A DNA stretch of 63,832 nt, filler included, from 6 parts of 6 records of this genome joined end to end with filler, not necessarily neighbours in it; one strand, 5' to 3'. Positions 10,254 to 19,190 are shown, counted from the first letter of the whole stretch. Notes: generated by a model from the letters alone, not told the origin. Program-made: numbers and translations.

Positions 10254-11163
10254 ACGTCAACCATGAGCTGTATTTATCAGACTTTCCAGAAATAGCATCA
10301 GAATAAATAGTTTGAAGTTTTTCAGTAACATCACCTCTTTTACCTGACCCTATAGGTTTCATATCAAGGCTTGTTATTGGTGTTATCTCTACTGCTGTTC
10401 CTGTAAAGAATGCTTCATCAGAATTAGCCAAATCTTCATATGTAAGGTTTTTCTCAATAACTTCAAAGCCTTCATCGGAAGCAATTGTAATAACAGACTG
10501 TCTAGTTATACCATTCAGGCAATGATTGGTTGTTGGTGTAAAGATCTTATTGCCTTTGAGCATGAATATATTTTCGCCGCTTCCTTCGGATATAAATCCA
10601 TCTTTATCCATCAGCACTGCTTCATCTGCACCTTTTTTTAATGCTTCATGAAGCGCCATTGTAGAGTTGATGTATGTACCAATAATCTTATTTCCTGAAT
10701 GAAGTGGGTTTGAATATTGCTCATGAGAAGATTTTATAACTGAAATTCCATTTTCTTTTGCCTTGGGATCCATATAGGATGGCCATTCCCATGCAGCAAC
10801 TGCAACATTTACTGATAAGTTAAATGCTCTTATACCAAGGGACTCTGCTCCTAAATATACAATTGGTCTTATATAACCTTCTTCTAAATCATTCTTCTTA
10901 AAAATTTCTTTTTGGACGTTATTGAGGGTTTCTTTAGAAAATGGAATGTCAATATCGATCTTTTTAGCTGTATTAAAAAGTCTATCAGTATGGTCATTTA
11001 ACCTAAAAATTGCAGGGCCATTATTAGTCTTATAAGCTCTTACGCCTTCAAAAGCACCTGTACCATAATTGAGAGTATGTGACATTAGATGAACTAAGCT
11101 ATCATCCCATTTAACAAATTTTCCATTATTCCAGATTGATTTAGATTCGGTATTGTTAAACAT
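10228..11163 (-). CDS. ilvE: Branched-chain amino-acid aminotransferase
   Basis: YGTGAFEGVRAY, YIRP, EGSGENIF, LNGITR and FFTGTAVEITP. Likely start ATG 11163. Confidence 0.93.
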   Translation of the reverse strand: MFNNTESKSIWNNGKFVKWDDSLVHLMSHTLNYGTGAFEGVRAYKTNNGPAIFRLNDHTDRLFNTAKKIDIDIPFSKETLNNVQKEIFKKNDLEEGYIRPIVYLGAESLGIRAFNLSVNVAVAAWEWPSYMDPKAKENGISVIKSSHEQYSNPLHSGNKIIGTYINSTMALHEALKKGADEAVLMDKDGFISEGSGENIFMLKGNKIFTPTTNHCLNGITRQSVITIASDEGFEVIEKNLTYEDLANSDEAFFTGTAVEITPITSLDMKPIGSGKRGDVTEKLQTIYSDAISGKSDKYSSWLTYANLLARD

Positions 11164-11225
11164 ATATGCAAGGTTATAATTTACGCAGTTATTATGACAA
11201 ACAACCGGATATAACAAAAGAGAAA

Positions 11226-12602
11226 ATGGAAGTTAACAAATCAATTTTTAGAGAAAATGACATTAGAGGAACATATCCCGAGCAATTAAATGAATTCACT
11301 ATCGGTGAAATTGGAAAAGCAATTGCAATTAAGTGTAAAAAAGAAAATATAGGCTCTATATCAGTTGGGAGAGATGGAAGACTTTCAGGCGAATCGTTGC
11401 TAGATGCATTTTGTGAGAGCCTAGTGAACGCAGGTATAAATGTTACAAATATTGGTATGGTAACAAGTCCAATGCTTTATTTTGAAGCTAAAATAAATGA
11501 TACAAAAAGCGGAATCATCATCACTGGAAGTCATAACCCTAAGAATCATAATGGTCTTAAAATGGTTATTAACGACAAACCCATTTCCGGAACAGAAGTT
11601 CTTTCTTTGATTGAGGATATAAAAGATGAGATTGCTGAGAAAGGAACATTAAAAACGAAAGATATTAAAGAGGATTATTTAAATAAAGTTACTCAATCAG
11701 TTTCCATTTCAAACCCCTCAAGCTATAAAGTTGTCATTGATTGCGGCAATGGAGCTGCAGGGTGTATCGCTCCTGAGCTTTTTAAAAGAGTTGGTTGTGA
11801 GGTAATTGAGTTATTTAGTGAAGTTGATGGAAACTTCCCTAATCATCATCCGGATCCAAGTAAATTAGAGAATATGCAAGATCTGATTGAGAGCGTACTA
11901 AATAATAATGCTGATCTTGGACTCGCTTTTGATGGAGACGGTGATAGGGTTGGGCTAATAACAAATACTGGCGAAAATATATTTCCAGATAAATATATGA
12001 TGATGCTTTCTGAAAGAATTTTATCTAAGAAGTCTGGAGCAATAGTCTTTGATGTCAAATGTTCTAACCATCTTGATGAATTGATTATTAGGAATAATGG
12101 TGTGCCGGTAATGGCTCCAACTGGTCATTTTCATATTAAAAAAACAATCAAAGATAACAATGCTCTCTTGGGTGGTGAAATGAGTGGTCATATTTTTTTT
12201 AATGACAAGTGGTATGGTTTTGACGATGGTCCCTATTCAGGTGCAAGAATTATTGAAGCTTTATCTGAATACCCAGATGGCAAAAGCATATCAGATATTA
12301 TGAATACTTACCCCAAATCATTTTCAACTCCGGAATTAAATATTGATGTAACAGATGAAAATAAATTTCAAATTATCAAAGACTTTATTGATCAGAACAA
12401 TCTTGAGGGCGAAGAAAATACTATTGATGGTTTGAGAGTAAACTATGTAAATGGCTGGGGTCTAATTAGGGCATCTAATACCTCACCTAAATTAGTATTA
12501 AGATTTGAAGGTAATTCCATTGAAGATATGCATTATATACAAAATGAATTTCTTTCTGAGCTTGCTCGCATTTCACCTGATATTGTTATAAATTTAACCT
12601 AG
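11226..12602 (+). CDS. algC: Phosphomannomutase/phosphoglucomutase
   Basis: FRENDIRG, TGSHNP, FDGDGDR, GEMSGH and RASNT. Likely start ATG 11226. Confidence 0.92.
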   Translation: MEVNKSIFRENDIRGTYPEQLNEFTIGEIGKAIAIKCKKENIGSISVGRDGRLSGESLLDAFCESLVNAGINVTNIGMVTSPMLYFEAKINDTKSGIIITGSHNPKNHNGLKMVINDKPISGTEVLSLIEDIKDEIAEKGTLKTKDIKEDYLNKVTQSVSISNPSSYKVVIDCGNGAAGCIAPELFKRVGCEVIELFSEVDGNFPNHHPDPSKLENMQDLIESVLNNNADLGLAFDGDGDRVGLITNTGENIFPDKYMMMLSERILSKKSGAIVFDVKCSNHLDELIIRNNGVPVMAPTGHFHIKKTIKDNNALLGGEMSGHIFFNDKWYGFDDGPYSGARIIEALSEYPDGKSISDIMNTYPKSFSTPELNIDVTDENKFQIIKDFIDQNNLEGEENTIDGLRVNYVNGWGLIRASNTSPKLVLRFEGNSIEDMHYIQNEFLSELARISPDIVINLT

Positions 12603-12603
12603 T

Positions 12604-13173
12604 ATGGATAAAAACCGCAAAAACATTATTTTGCAATCATTAGCAGGGCTCCTTGAAGAAGCTTCATCTACTAAAATTACTACTGCTTTATTGGCAAAAA
12701 AATCAAACATAACTGAAGCAGCTCTTTATAGGCATTTTCCAAGCAAGAGATCTATCTATGCTGAGCTTTTTTCTTATTGTGATGAAGCTATTTTTTTAAA
12801 AAGTTCTGAATTAAAAAAATCTGATTTAAGCTCGAAAGAGAAAGTGATGAATATATTTAAATTTTTCATGCTCTTTGTTGAAAAAAATAAAGGCTTTGCT
12901 AGGCTTTTGTCCAGAGAGGCGCTGTCTCCTTCTGAAAAAAATGTATCTGACTCTGTGAATCAATTCTATGAAAGGTTTGAATTAACTATAAAACAAATTC
13001 TTGCTGAAGATAGTGACAAACTTATATCGCAACCAGGCATATCTGCTCAACTAATAACTACATATTTAGAAGGCAATGTTTCTAGGTATATAAGATCAAG
13101 ATTTAAAGATTCTCCAAGCAACTATATTGATAATGCTTGGGAGCTCTTATCAGTAAATTTATTTAAATCTTAA
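12604..13173 (+). CDS. slmA: Nucleoid occlusion factor SlmA (TetR family)
   Basis: KITTA.LA....TEAALYRHFPSK; follows algC as in other gammaproteobacteria. Confidence 0.8.
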   Translation: MDKNRKNIILQSLAGLLEEASSTKITTALLAKKSNITEAALYRHFPSKRSIYAELFSYCDEAIFLKSSELKKSDLSSKEKVMNIFKFFMLFVEKNKGFARLLSREALSPSEKNVSDSVNQFYERFELTIKQILAEDSDKLISQPGISAQLITTYLEGNVSRYIRSRFKDSPSNYIDNAWELLSVNLFKS

Positions 13174-13547
13174 TCCTCAATATTTTCGTCTAAAAATAAT
13201 TCAAAATATGTATTTTTTGCATTCTGAGATTTATCAATCTTGCCTGTTGTTCTGTCAACTTTGACATAACTGAGACTTGAAGGAATTTTTATTGGTTTTA
13301 TTTCTAAATCATCTAAGGCTACAGACATATAATCTAGCCATATAGGCATTGATATTGTTGATCCATATTCATTTTCTCCAAGAGATGTAAAATCATCAGT
13401 ACCCACCCAAACTGTTGTAACTAAATCATCATGGAATCCAGAAAACCAGGTACTTATTGCATCATTGGTAGTGCCTGTTTTGCCGCCAATATCATTTCGA
13501 TTTAAAAAAGCTGACTTTCTTCCGGCTGTCCCATTTTTCATGAAGTC
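13170..13547 (-). CDS. mrcA: Penicillin-binding protein 1A, C-terminal part (5'-truncated)
   Basis: GGKTGTTND..TWFSGF, VWVG.DD..SLG..EYG..MPIW. Confidence 0.85.
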   Translation of the reverse strand, partial: DFMKNGTAGRKSAFLNRNDIGGKTGTTNDAISTWFSGFHDDLVTTVWVGTDDFTSLGENEYGSTISMPIWLDYMSVALDDLEIKPIKIPSSLSYVKVDRTTGKIDKSQNAKNTYFELFLDENIED

Positions 13548-13647
13548 NNNNNNNNNNNNNNNNNNNNNNNNNNNNNNNNNNNNNNNNNNNNTTAATTAAT
13601 TAANNNNNNNNNNNNNNNNNNNNNNNNNNNNNNNNNNNNNNNNNNNN

Positions 13648-13693
13648 AAGTTTCCAGTTTCTTGCGCGAGTGTGGAGGAAACGCAAAAACTGG
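13648..13693 (+). ncRNA. Pseudoknot repeat, copy A (5'-truncated by the contig start)
   Basis: aag-ttt-ccagttt-cttg-c-gc-ga-gtgtggag-gaaacg-caa-aaactgg. Confidence 0.75.
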
Positions 13694-13721
13694 TTCTTAT
13701 TGAAATAAAACGTTAACATAT

Positions 13722-13783
13722 CTGTTCACAACGAAACCAAGTTTAGCCGGTCTTGAGTGAGTGAACAGCCCAGCCAAACCGGC
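13722..13783 (+). ncRNA. Pseudoknot repeat, copy B
   Basis: ctgttcac-aacgaa-ac-caag-ttta-gccggt-cttg-a-gt-ga-gtgaacag-cccagc-caa-accggc. P1 is a perfect 8 bp; pseudoknot gccggt/accggc. Confidence 0.8.
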
Positions 13784-13800
13784 ACTCTTACAAGAAAGAA

Positions 13801-15165
13801 ATGAAAATGAAAAAAGTTTTTGCAGGTTACTACACGCGGAATGCCAAGTTCTTTGGGATCAAGAAAAACCCTGAGTTTGAAAAGTCTTTAAAAGACACGA
13901 TTGCTTTTCAAAATAAGCTTTCTGTGTTCATTAAAAAAGAGTTGAACGATGGAGCAATTGTATATGTAAATAAGAGCAGTAAGGGTAAAGACAAACCAAA
14001 TACTGGTATCGTTGGATTCTCAGACGGAACAAGTATGACAGACAGTGGGTTCACAAAATATTACTGCGACCTCGTGAACGTAGACACTAATGGTAATAGC
14101 AACGCAATCAGAGCGGTGGTTCAATATGTATGCAACCGATATGCAGGATACAAAAGAAGGAACGGAGAAAAGATTCCGACAATACATTTCAAGGGTAAGG
14201 ATTATCATTTTAAAGACAATCAAATAAGACTTGACATTGAAAACAAAACCCTAGCTGTCAAAACCATGTACGGTAAATTTGACCTTGAGTACAAGGGATC
14301 TATCAAAGAACAGGAATTAAAAGATTATCTGGACGAGGCTGGAAAGTCAGATTTTGGGGGTAACTATATTGTAAAACAGAATTGTATCGTTGCCGGGATA
14401 AAGGTTCCATTCAAGCCGTCCTATGAGCCGGTTGGAGCATTAGGTACAGATTTCAATAAATCGGAAAAAGATAGAATTGTATTGTCGAATGGAGTTAAGT
14501 ATCCAGCAACAAAGAAACAGATCGACCTTGAGAAAGAGATCAAGAGATTAAAAGCAGTACTTGGAGAGAAGGATAAACCAGTCTCAGAACGTACAATCAG
14601 ATCAAAACAACGTAGAACCATACGTAAAAAGGACAAGAAGCTGCATAGTAAACAAAGGGTAGGATATCGTGAAACAGTTCTAGAAATTATAGAATATGTT
14701 AAGGAACACAGATTGTTGATGTGTATCGACAGTGTGGTAACTGGTCAAAGGAACGGAACTTTTGGTCATGACAAAATTAAAGAAATACTACTAACTGAAT
14801 GTCAAAATCAAGGTGTTCCATATTATATGGTTCCGTGTAAAAACACGTCGAGAAGATGTCCCGAATGTGGTCATATTCATTCAGACAATAGGCTTAGCAC
14901 TGATAACTTTTCATGTAAAAAGTGCGGCCATGTCGCAGACGCCCAATTAGTTGGTGCATTAAATGTGAAACATTACGGAGAACTGTTGTACAAGTCATGG
15001 GTTCCGTATGACAATTGGACCGCTGGGTCGAAAAAAAGGGCTGTTCCTACTTTATGTGAAGAATACGCAAAAGATGTCGATAGAAAATTCTCCTCACAAC
15101 AAAGCCAAGTTTTAGTAGTTTCTTGTGCGAGTGTGGAGAGTACACAAAAACTGCTTTTCACTTGA
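13801..15165 (+). CDS. TnpB/Cas12f-like RuvC + zinc-ribbon protein with altered catalytic triad
   Basis: 454 aa. RuvC-I GALGTDFN (D217), Arg/Lys-rich helix, RuvC-II MCIDSV (D310 where Glu is usual), TSRRCPECG...FSCKKCG, RuvC-III DAQLVGALNV (Q382 where Asp is usual). No tnpA nearby. Confidence 0.85.
   Translation: MKMKKVFAGYYTRNAKFFGIKKNPEFEKSLKDTIAFQNKLSVFIKKELNDGAIVYVNKSSKGKDKPNTGIVGFSDGTSMTDSGFTKYYCDLVNVDTNGNSNAIRAVVQYVCNRYAGYKRRNGEKIPTIHFKGKDYHFKDNQIRLDIENKTLAVKTMYGKFDLEYKGSIKEQELKDYLDEAGKSDFGGNYIVKQNCIVAGIKVPFKPSYEPVGALGTDFNKSEKDRIVLSNGVKYPATKKQIDLEKEIKRLKAVLGEKDKPVSERTIRSKQRRTIRKKDKKLHSKQRVGYRETVLEIIEYVKEHRLLMCIDSVVTGQRNGTFGHDKIKEILLTECQNQGVPYYMVPCKNTSRRCPECGHIHSDNRLSTDNFSCKKCGHVADAQLVGALNVKHYGELLYKSWVPYDNWTAGSKKRAVPTLCEEYAKDVDRKFSSQQSQVLVVSCASVESTQKLLFT
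15090..15155 (+). ncRNA. Pseudoknot repeat, copy C (inside the 3' end of the TnpB-like ORF)
   Basis: ctcctcac-aacaaa-gc-caag-tttt-agtagttt-cttg-t-gc-ga-gtgtggag-agtaca-caa-aaactgct. Confidence 0.78.
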
Positions 15166-15189
15166 CAATGTAAATATGTATGATATAAT
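15162..15189 (+). promoter_or_regulatory. Consensus sigma70 promoter with extended -10
   Basis: TTGACA (15162-67), 16 nt spacer ending TGA, TATAAT (15184-89). Confidence 0.8.
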
Positions 15190-15191
15190 GA

Positions 15192-15254
15192 CTGTACCAG
15201 ACAAAACCAAGTTTCCTGTTTCTTGAGTGATGGTGCAGCAGCTACAAAAACAGG
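15192..15254 (+). ncRNA. Pseudoknot repeat, copy D
   Basis: ctgtacca-gacaaa-ac-caag-ttt-cctgttt-cttg-a-gt-ga-tggtgcag-cagcta-caa-aaacagg. Confidence 0.8.
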
Positions 15255-15256
15255 TT

Positions 15257-15320
15257 CTTCACACAACAAAGCCAGGTTTCCAGTTTCTTGCGCGAGTATG
15301 GAGGGTTATCAAAAACTGGA
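15257..15320 (+). ncRNA. Pseudoknot repeat, copy E
   Basis: cttcacac-aacaaa-gc-cagg-ttt-ccagttt-cttg-c-gc-ga-gtatggag-ggttat-caa-aaactgga. Ends 23 nt before the dnaE ATG. Confidence 0.8.
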
Positions 15321-15343
15321 TTTTTACTCATTGAAAGAAAATC

Positions 15344-16948
15344 ATGAAATACCCACTTTGTAATTACACACACTACTCGTTGCTCAAGGGCTTCTCTAAG
15401 CCTAAACAGCTATCCAAGAAATGTGTTGAGAATGGATACGTTGCCTGCGGCATCTCTGACTACAAGTCAATATCGGGGGCGGTGTCGTTCCATAAGTCCT
15501 GTCAGGACAGTGGCATTAAACCCATCATCGGGTGTTCGTTTGATCACTACACCCTGTTCGCAAGAAATAAGCAGGGCTGGTTTGACTTGATTGAGATTGT
15601 GTCCTCGTTAAGCGCAGAGGGCAATGAGTATTTTCACATTACGAAAGAAATTTGCAAGCGTAACAATCTGATCTGTGTAACTATCGATCAGTCTCCGTGT
15701 GATGCCTCTCTAACATTCAAGCACACCTCTCTAACATCGCCCTCTCATTACGTTGAACAAGCAGACGCTCACCTTCATAGAATACTACTGTGTTCAGCCA
15801 TGAAGACAACCCTGCCAAAAGTTAATACCCTTTTGAGGTCCGGTGGTCTGAAACAAAATGAGGAATTCTTTTTAAAGGACACTTTTCATGTAAAGTCAAA
15901 AGATGAAATGTCCGATGATGAGAATGGTGAGAGATCCCTAGAGCAGATATACAACCTGTGTGAAGACTATGAAATCCTCAGCCCTCCAATGCTTCCGAAG
16001 TTCCCAACCCCAACAGGAGAGTCCGAAGAAGAGTATCTCAAAAGTCTAGCTAGAAAAGGATGGATAAAATTCCTACACAATACGGGAAAGATAGAGGAGA
16101 AAGAAGACAAGCAAAGATACCTCGATAGATTCACTATGGAATTTGATGTCATTAAGCAAGCAAACCTTTTTGGTTACTTTCTAATCGTTCAAGATATCAT
16201 ACGCTATGTAAAGAGCCAAGGGTGGCTTTCGGGGCCGGGTAGAGGTTCTGCTGCTGGATGTTTAATATCCTACATTGTTGAAATCACAGAGATAGACCCT
16301 ATAGAATTCGACCTATTATTTGAAAGGTTTTTTAATGCCGCAAGAACTGATGCTCTACCGGACATTGATATGGATGTCCCAGCTAACAAGCGTGATGATA
16401 TCATTGAATATCTTAAAAATACTTACGGAAAAGATAACGTGAGTCAGATGCTTACATTTGGCAGGCTACAGGGAAGAAGCGCAGTAAAAGAGGTTTTGAG
16501 AGCTAGTGACGTGTGTGGCTTTAGTGAAATGAATGAAATCACAAGCCATATAGCAGACGAAGCGGCGATCTCCGACCAGCTACAGGAAATGGACGAGGAA
16601 GACAGGTCCATTATCAGATGGTCTCTGGTTAATAATGCTGACGATCTGCGAGACTTTTGCTTTATTGACGAAGACGGTAATCTGGATGGCGACTATGCAG
16701 AATTCTTTGACCAAGCTATACAGATCGAGGGTACATTTAAAACACAGGGCAAACACCCTGCCGGGGTTGTTATTTCGGCAGAACCCCTTTACAAAGTTTG
16801 CCCAATGGTAAATCAAAAAAGCGGAGGAGAAAAAATTGCAGGACTAGAAATGGCTGATTTGGAAGCACTCGGACATGTTAAGTTTGATGTGCTTGGACTT
16901 ACCTTACTTGATAAAATTATGAAAATAGAGGATCTGATAAATGGCTAG
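15344..16948 (+). CDS. dnaE: DNA polymerase III alpha, N-terminal half (degenerate PHP + palm)
   Basis: THYSLLKG, GPGRGSAAG, LLFERF, PDIDMD, GKHPAGVVI and VKFDVLGL. Confidence 0.92.
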   Translation: MKYPLCNYTHYSLLKGFSKPKQLSKKCVENGYVACGISDYKSISGAVSFHKSCQDSGIKPIIGCSFDHYTLFARNKQGWFDLIEIVSSLSAEGNEYFHITKEICKRNNLICVTIDQSPCDASLTFKHTSLTSPSHYVEQADAHLHRILLCSAMKTTLPKVNTLLRSGGLKQNEEFFLKDTFHVKSKDEMSDDENGERSLEQIYNLCEDYEILSPPMLPKFPTPTGESEEEYLKSLARKGWIKFLHNTGKIEEKEDKQRYLDRFTMEFDVIKQANLFGYFLIVQDIIRYVKSQGWLSGPGRGSAAGCLISYIVEITEIDPIEFDLLFERFFNAARTDALPDIDMDVPANKRDDIIEYLKNTYGKDNVSQMLTFGRLQGRSAVKEVLRASDVCGFSEMNEITSHIADEAAISDQLQEMDEEDRSIIRWSLVNNADDLRDFCFIDEDGNLDGDYAEFFDQAIQIEGTFKTQGKHPAGVVISAEPLYKVCPMVNQKSGGEKIAGLEMADLEALGHVKFDVLGLTLLDKIMKIEDLING

Positions 16949-17618
16949 CAGAGATATAATTGTATTCGACTTTGAAACAGGTGGTAGAGACCCCAACGTG
17001 TGCCAACCGACACAGTTGGCGGCTATAGCCCTAGATGGTAGAAACTTTAGAATGAAAGGGTCTTTCAACAGCGAGATCCGCGCAGAAGTAGACGACGAAA
17101 AGGCCGTCAAGAAGGGTCTTGGACCCATTGAGGAAGGGGCGCTTAAAGTAACCGGAAAGACGCGGGCAGAAATTGCCAAAGCTCCGCACCTTAAAACCGT
17201 GTGGAAAAAGTTTACTCAGTTTGTAGACAAGTACAACTGGAAGGGTACGCCGTTCTTTGCTCCTATTCCAGCAGGATTTAATATCATTGGGTACGACATG
17301 GTCATCATTAATAGACTATGTAAAGAGTTTGGACCATACGATGATAAAAGAGAGCGTCAAAAACTATTTAGTGCAGTATACAAGATTGATGTTATGGATA
17401 ATGTTTTTATGTGGACAGAGGGCGACCCTAGCGTCAAATCTATTAGTATGGACGCGATGAGAGAAAGAATGGGTATGTCTACTGAAAACTCTCACGACGC
17501 CCTACAGGACGTTAAAGACACTGCAAACATAATGATTAAGTTTATGAAGACTCACCGCGCTGTATACAGAAATCTAAAAGTTGAAAACGCCTTTGCTAAC
17601 GGAGACCTGTATGTCTAA
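16941..17618 (+). CDS. DEDDh 3'-5' exonuclease (DnaQ/epsilon-like)
   Basis: FDFETGG, GFNIIGYD and HDALQDV. Confidence 0.88.
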   Translation: MASRDIIVFDFETGGRDPNVCQPTQLAAIALDGRNFRMKGSFNSEIRAEVDDEKAVKKGLGPIEEGALKVTGKTRAEIAKAPHLKTVWKKFTQFVDKYNWKGTPFFAPIPAGFNIIGYDMVIINRLCKEFGPYDDKRERQKLFSAVYKIDVMDNVFMWTEGDPSVKSISMDAMRERMGMSTENSHDALQDVKDTANIMIKFMKTHRAVYRNLKVENAFANGDLYV

Positions 17619-19161
17619 GGTCGATACAAACGACCAGAAAACGTGGGATCTATTCAATAAGGGGTACACAAAAGGTGTATTCCAACTTGAAAGTAATCAT
17701 GGAAGAAATTGGTCTAGAAAATTAGCCCCATCAAACCTTGAAGAGTTGTCGGCCTTGATAGCAATTATCAGGCCGGGAACCCAAAAGGAGCAGCGTCAGC
17801 AATTCGTTGATAGAAAACATGGGCGTGAAGAGGTTACTTACCTAGACAAGTCTCTAGAAGAGATCCTCAAAAAGACGTATGGTATTTTAGTTTATCAAGA
17901 GCAATCTATGCGTATAGCCCAGAAGCTAGCAGGGTTCGACCTTAAAGAAGCTGACGAGCTACGTAAAGCCATTGGTAAGAAAAAGGCCGACCTTATGGCT
18001 AAGATTAAGACTAAGTTTATCAAGGGCTGTATAAAGCAAAAGGTCGTAACGAAGGAAGCCTCAGAGGAGATATTTGGATGGATTGAAAAGTCGGCTCGCT
18101 ATGCGTTTAATAAGTCTCACAGTGTGGCATATGCTGTGAACGCTTATAATACAGCTTGGTACAAAGCGAACCATACAACGGAGTTTTTCCTGTCTTACCT
18201 ATACTATGCCGCTGACAAGCAAGATCCTCATCGGGAAGTCTACGAATTGGTTTCGGAAGCTAAACTATTTTCTATCGAAACAAAAATACCAAACCTGACA
18301 CAGTTTAGTCAAAAGTTTGTTACGGTTGGTAGAGATATTTACTTTGGGATTAAGGATGTCAAATCCCTGACTGGCGTTACTGGAGATAAAGTTATCTCAT
18401 CAATAGAAGGCGTTGAGGAAGAGACCAGGATAAAGTCTAAAAATCTAAAATGGCTAGACGTTTTGATCTATCTGTCTCCTAAAGTTAATGCTACGGCTTT
18501 TAAGGCTCTAGCGTCTATCGGGTTCTTTAGCACAAAGTCTACAAATGTCTCACGCAACAAAGCCTTATACGAGTATGAAATATTCAAAATGCTCACCAAG
18601 AAGGAAAAGGAGTGGGTCTTAAATAACTACTCAGATAAAAAGTGGACAACCCTAGAAGAGTGTATGATAGATCTATGCCCAACAAAGAAAAACGGTGGCG
18701 GAACACATAATGTAGCTCGCAGTCAATTGATTGAGAATGAATTAGAAATGATTCGCAATCCACCGTTCAGCCTGGACGACGACCCCTCTTGGATCGTAGC
18801 CCAAGAGGTTAAGTTTCTGGGGTGTCCAATTTCCCTCGCTAAAATTGATGCCGCCGATACGTCGGAAGCTACTACGACCTGTAAAGAAATTGTAGACGGC
18901 AAAAAAGGAAAGAACCTATGCGTAGCTGGAAACATAGTCAGAGAATCATCCTTCAAAACTAAAAACGGAAAGAGCGCGGGACAATTAATGTCATTTCTAA
19001 CAATTGAAGATGACACTTGCACCCTTGATGGCGTTGTTGTTTTTCCAGAGGCTCGGAAGCTACACGAGTATATGTTATACGAAGGAAACAACGCGCTTTT
19101 CTGCGGAGAGGTCAAAAAAGGGGACAATTCCTTTATTATTGAGAAAATTCACGAAATTTAA
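17611..19161 (+). CDS. dnaE: DNA polymerase III alpha, C-terminal half (fingers, HhH, OB fold)
   Basis: TKGVFQLES, AIIRPG, TYGILVYQEQ.M, ADELRKAIGKK, YAFNKSHSVAY and OB-fold MSFLTIEDD. Likely start ATG 17611. Confidence 0.92.
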   Translation: MSKVDTNDQKTWDLFNKGYTKGVFQLESNHGRNWSRKLAPSNLEELSALIAIIRPGTQKEQRQQFVDRKHGREEVTYLDKSLEEILKKTYGILVYQEQSMRIAQKLAGFDLKEADELRKAIGKKKADLMAKIKTKFIKGCIKQKVVTKEASEEIFGWIEKSARYAFNKSHSVAYAVNAYNTAWYKANHTTEFFLSYLYYAADKQDPHREVYELVSEAKLFSIETKIPNLTQFSQKFVTVGRDIYFGIKDVKSLTGVTGDKVISSIEGVEEETRIKSKNLKWLDVLIYLSPKVNATAFKALASIGFFSTKSTNVSRNKALYEYEIFKMLTKKEKEWVLNNYSDKKWTTLEECMIDLCPTKKNGGGTHNVARSQLIENELEMIRNPPFSLDDDPSWIVAQEVKFLGCPISLAKIDAADTSEATTTCKEIVDGKKGKNLCVAGNIVRESSFKTKNGKSAGQLMSFLTIEDDTCTLDGVVVFPEARKLHEYMLYEGNNALFCGEVKKGDNSFIIEKIHEI

Positions 19162-19190
19162 TTGGTTTTTTTGCGTTTGTAGACTATAAT
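19162..19190 (+). promoter_or_regulatory. Probable sigma70 promoter for ssb
   Basis: TTGGTT (19162-67), 17 nt spacer, TATAAT (19185-90). Confidence 0.5.

Noticed and set aside
13801-15165. Active IS200/IS605 or IS607 element
   Set aside because: No tnpA or serine recombinase, no recognisable element ends, and the RuvC residues are altered.
13648-15320. CRISPR array next to a Cas12f-like gene
   Set aside because: There is no identical repeat alternating with 25-45-nt unique spacers. Units abut directly and most of their variation is compensatory base pairing. No cas1/cas2 is present.
15192-15320. Rho-independent terminators or simple REP-like hairpins
   Set aside because: A simple hairpin (ccagttt...aaactgg plus T-rich tail) can be drawn, but it ignores the covarying P1 and 4-bp stems, notably tatg/cata in copy G. 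It may be an alternative conformer only.
16900-17640. Split intein or intron in dnaE
   Set aside because: No Cys/Ser-starting N-intein or His-Asn ending. The intervening DNA is fully occupied by an exonuclease ORF.
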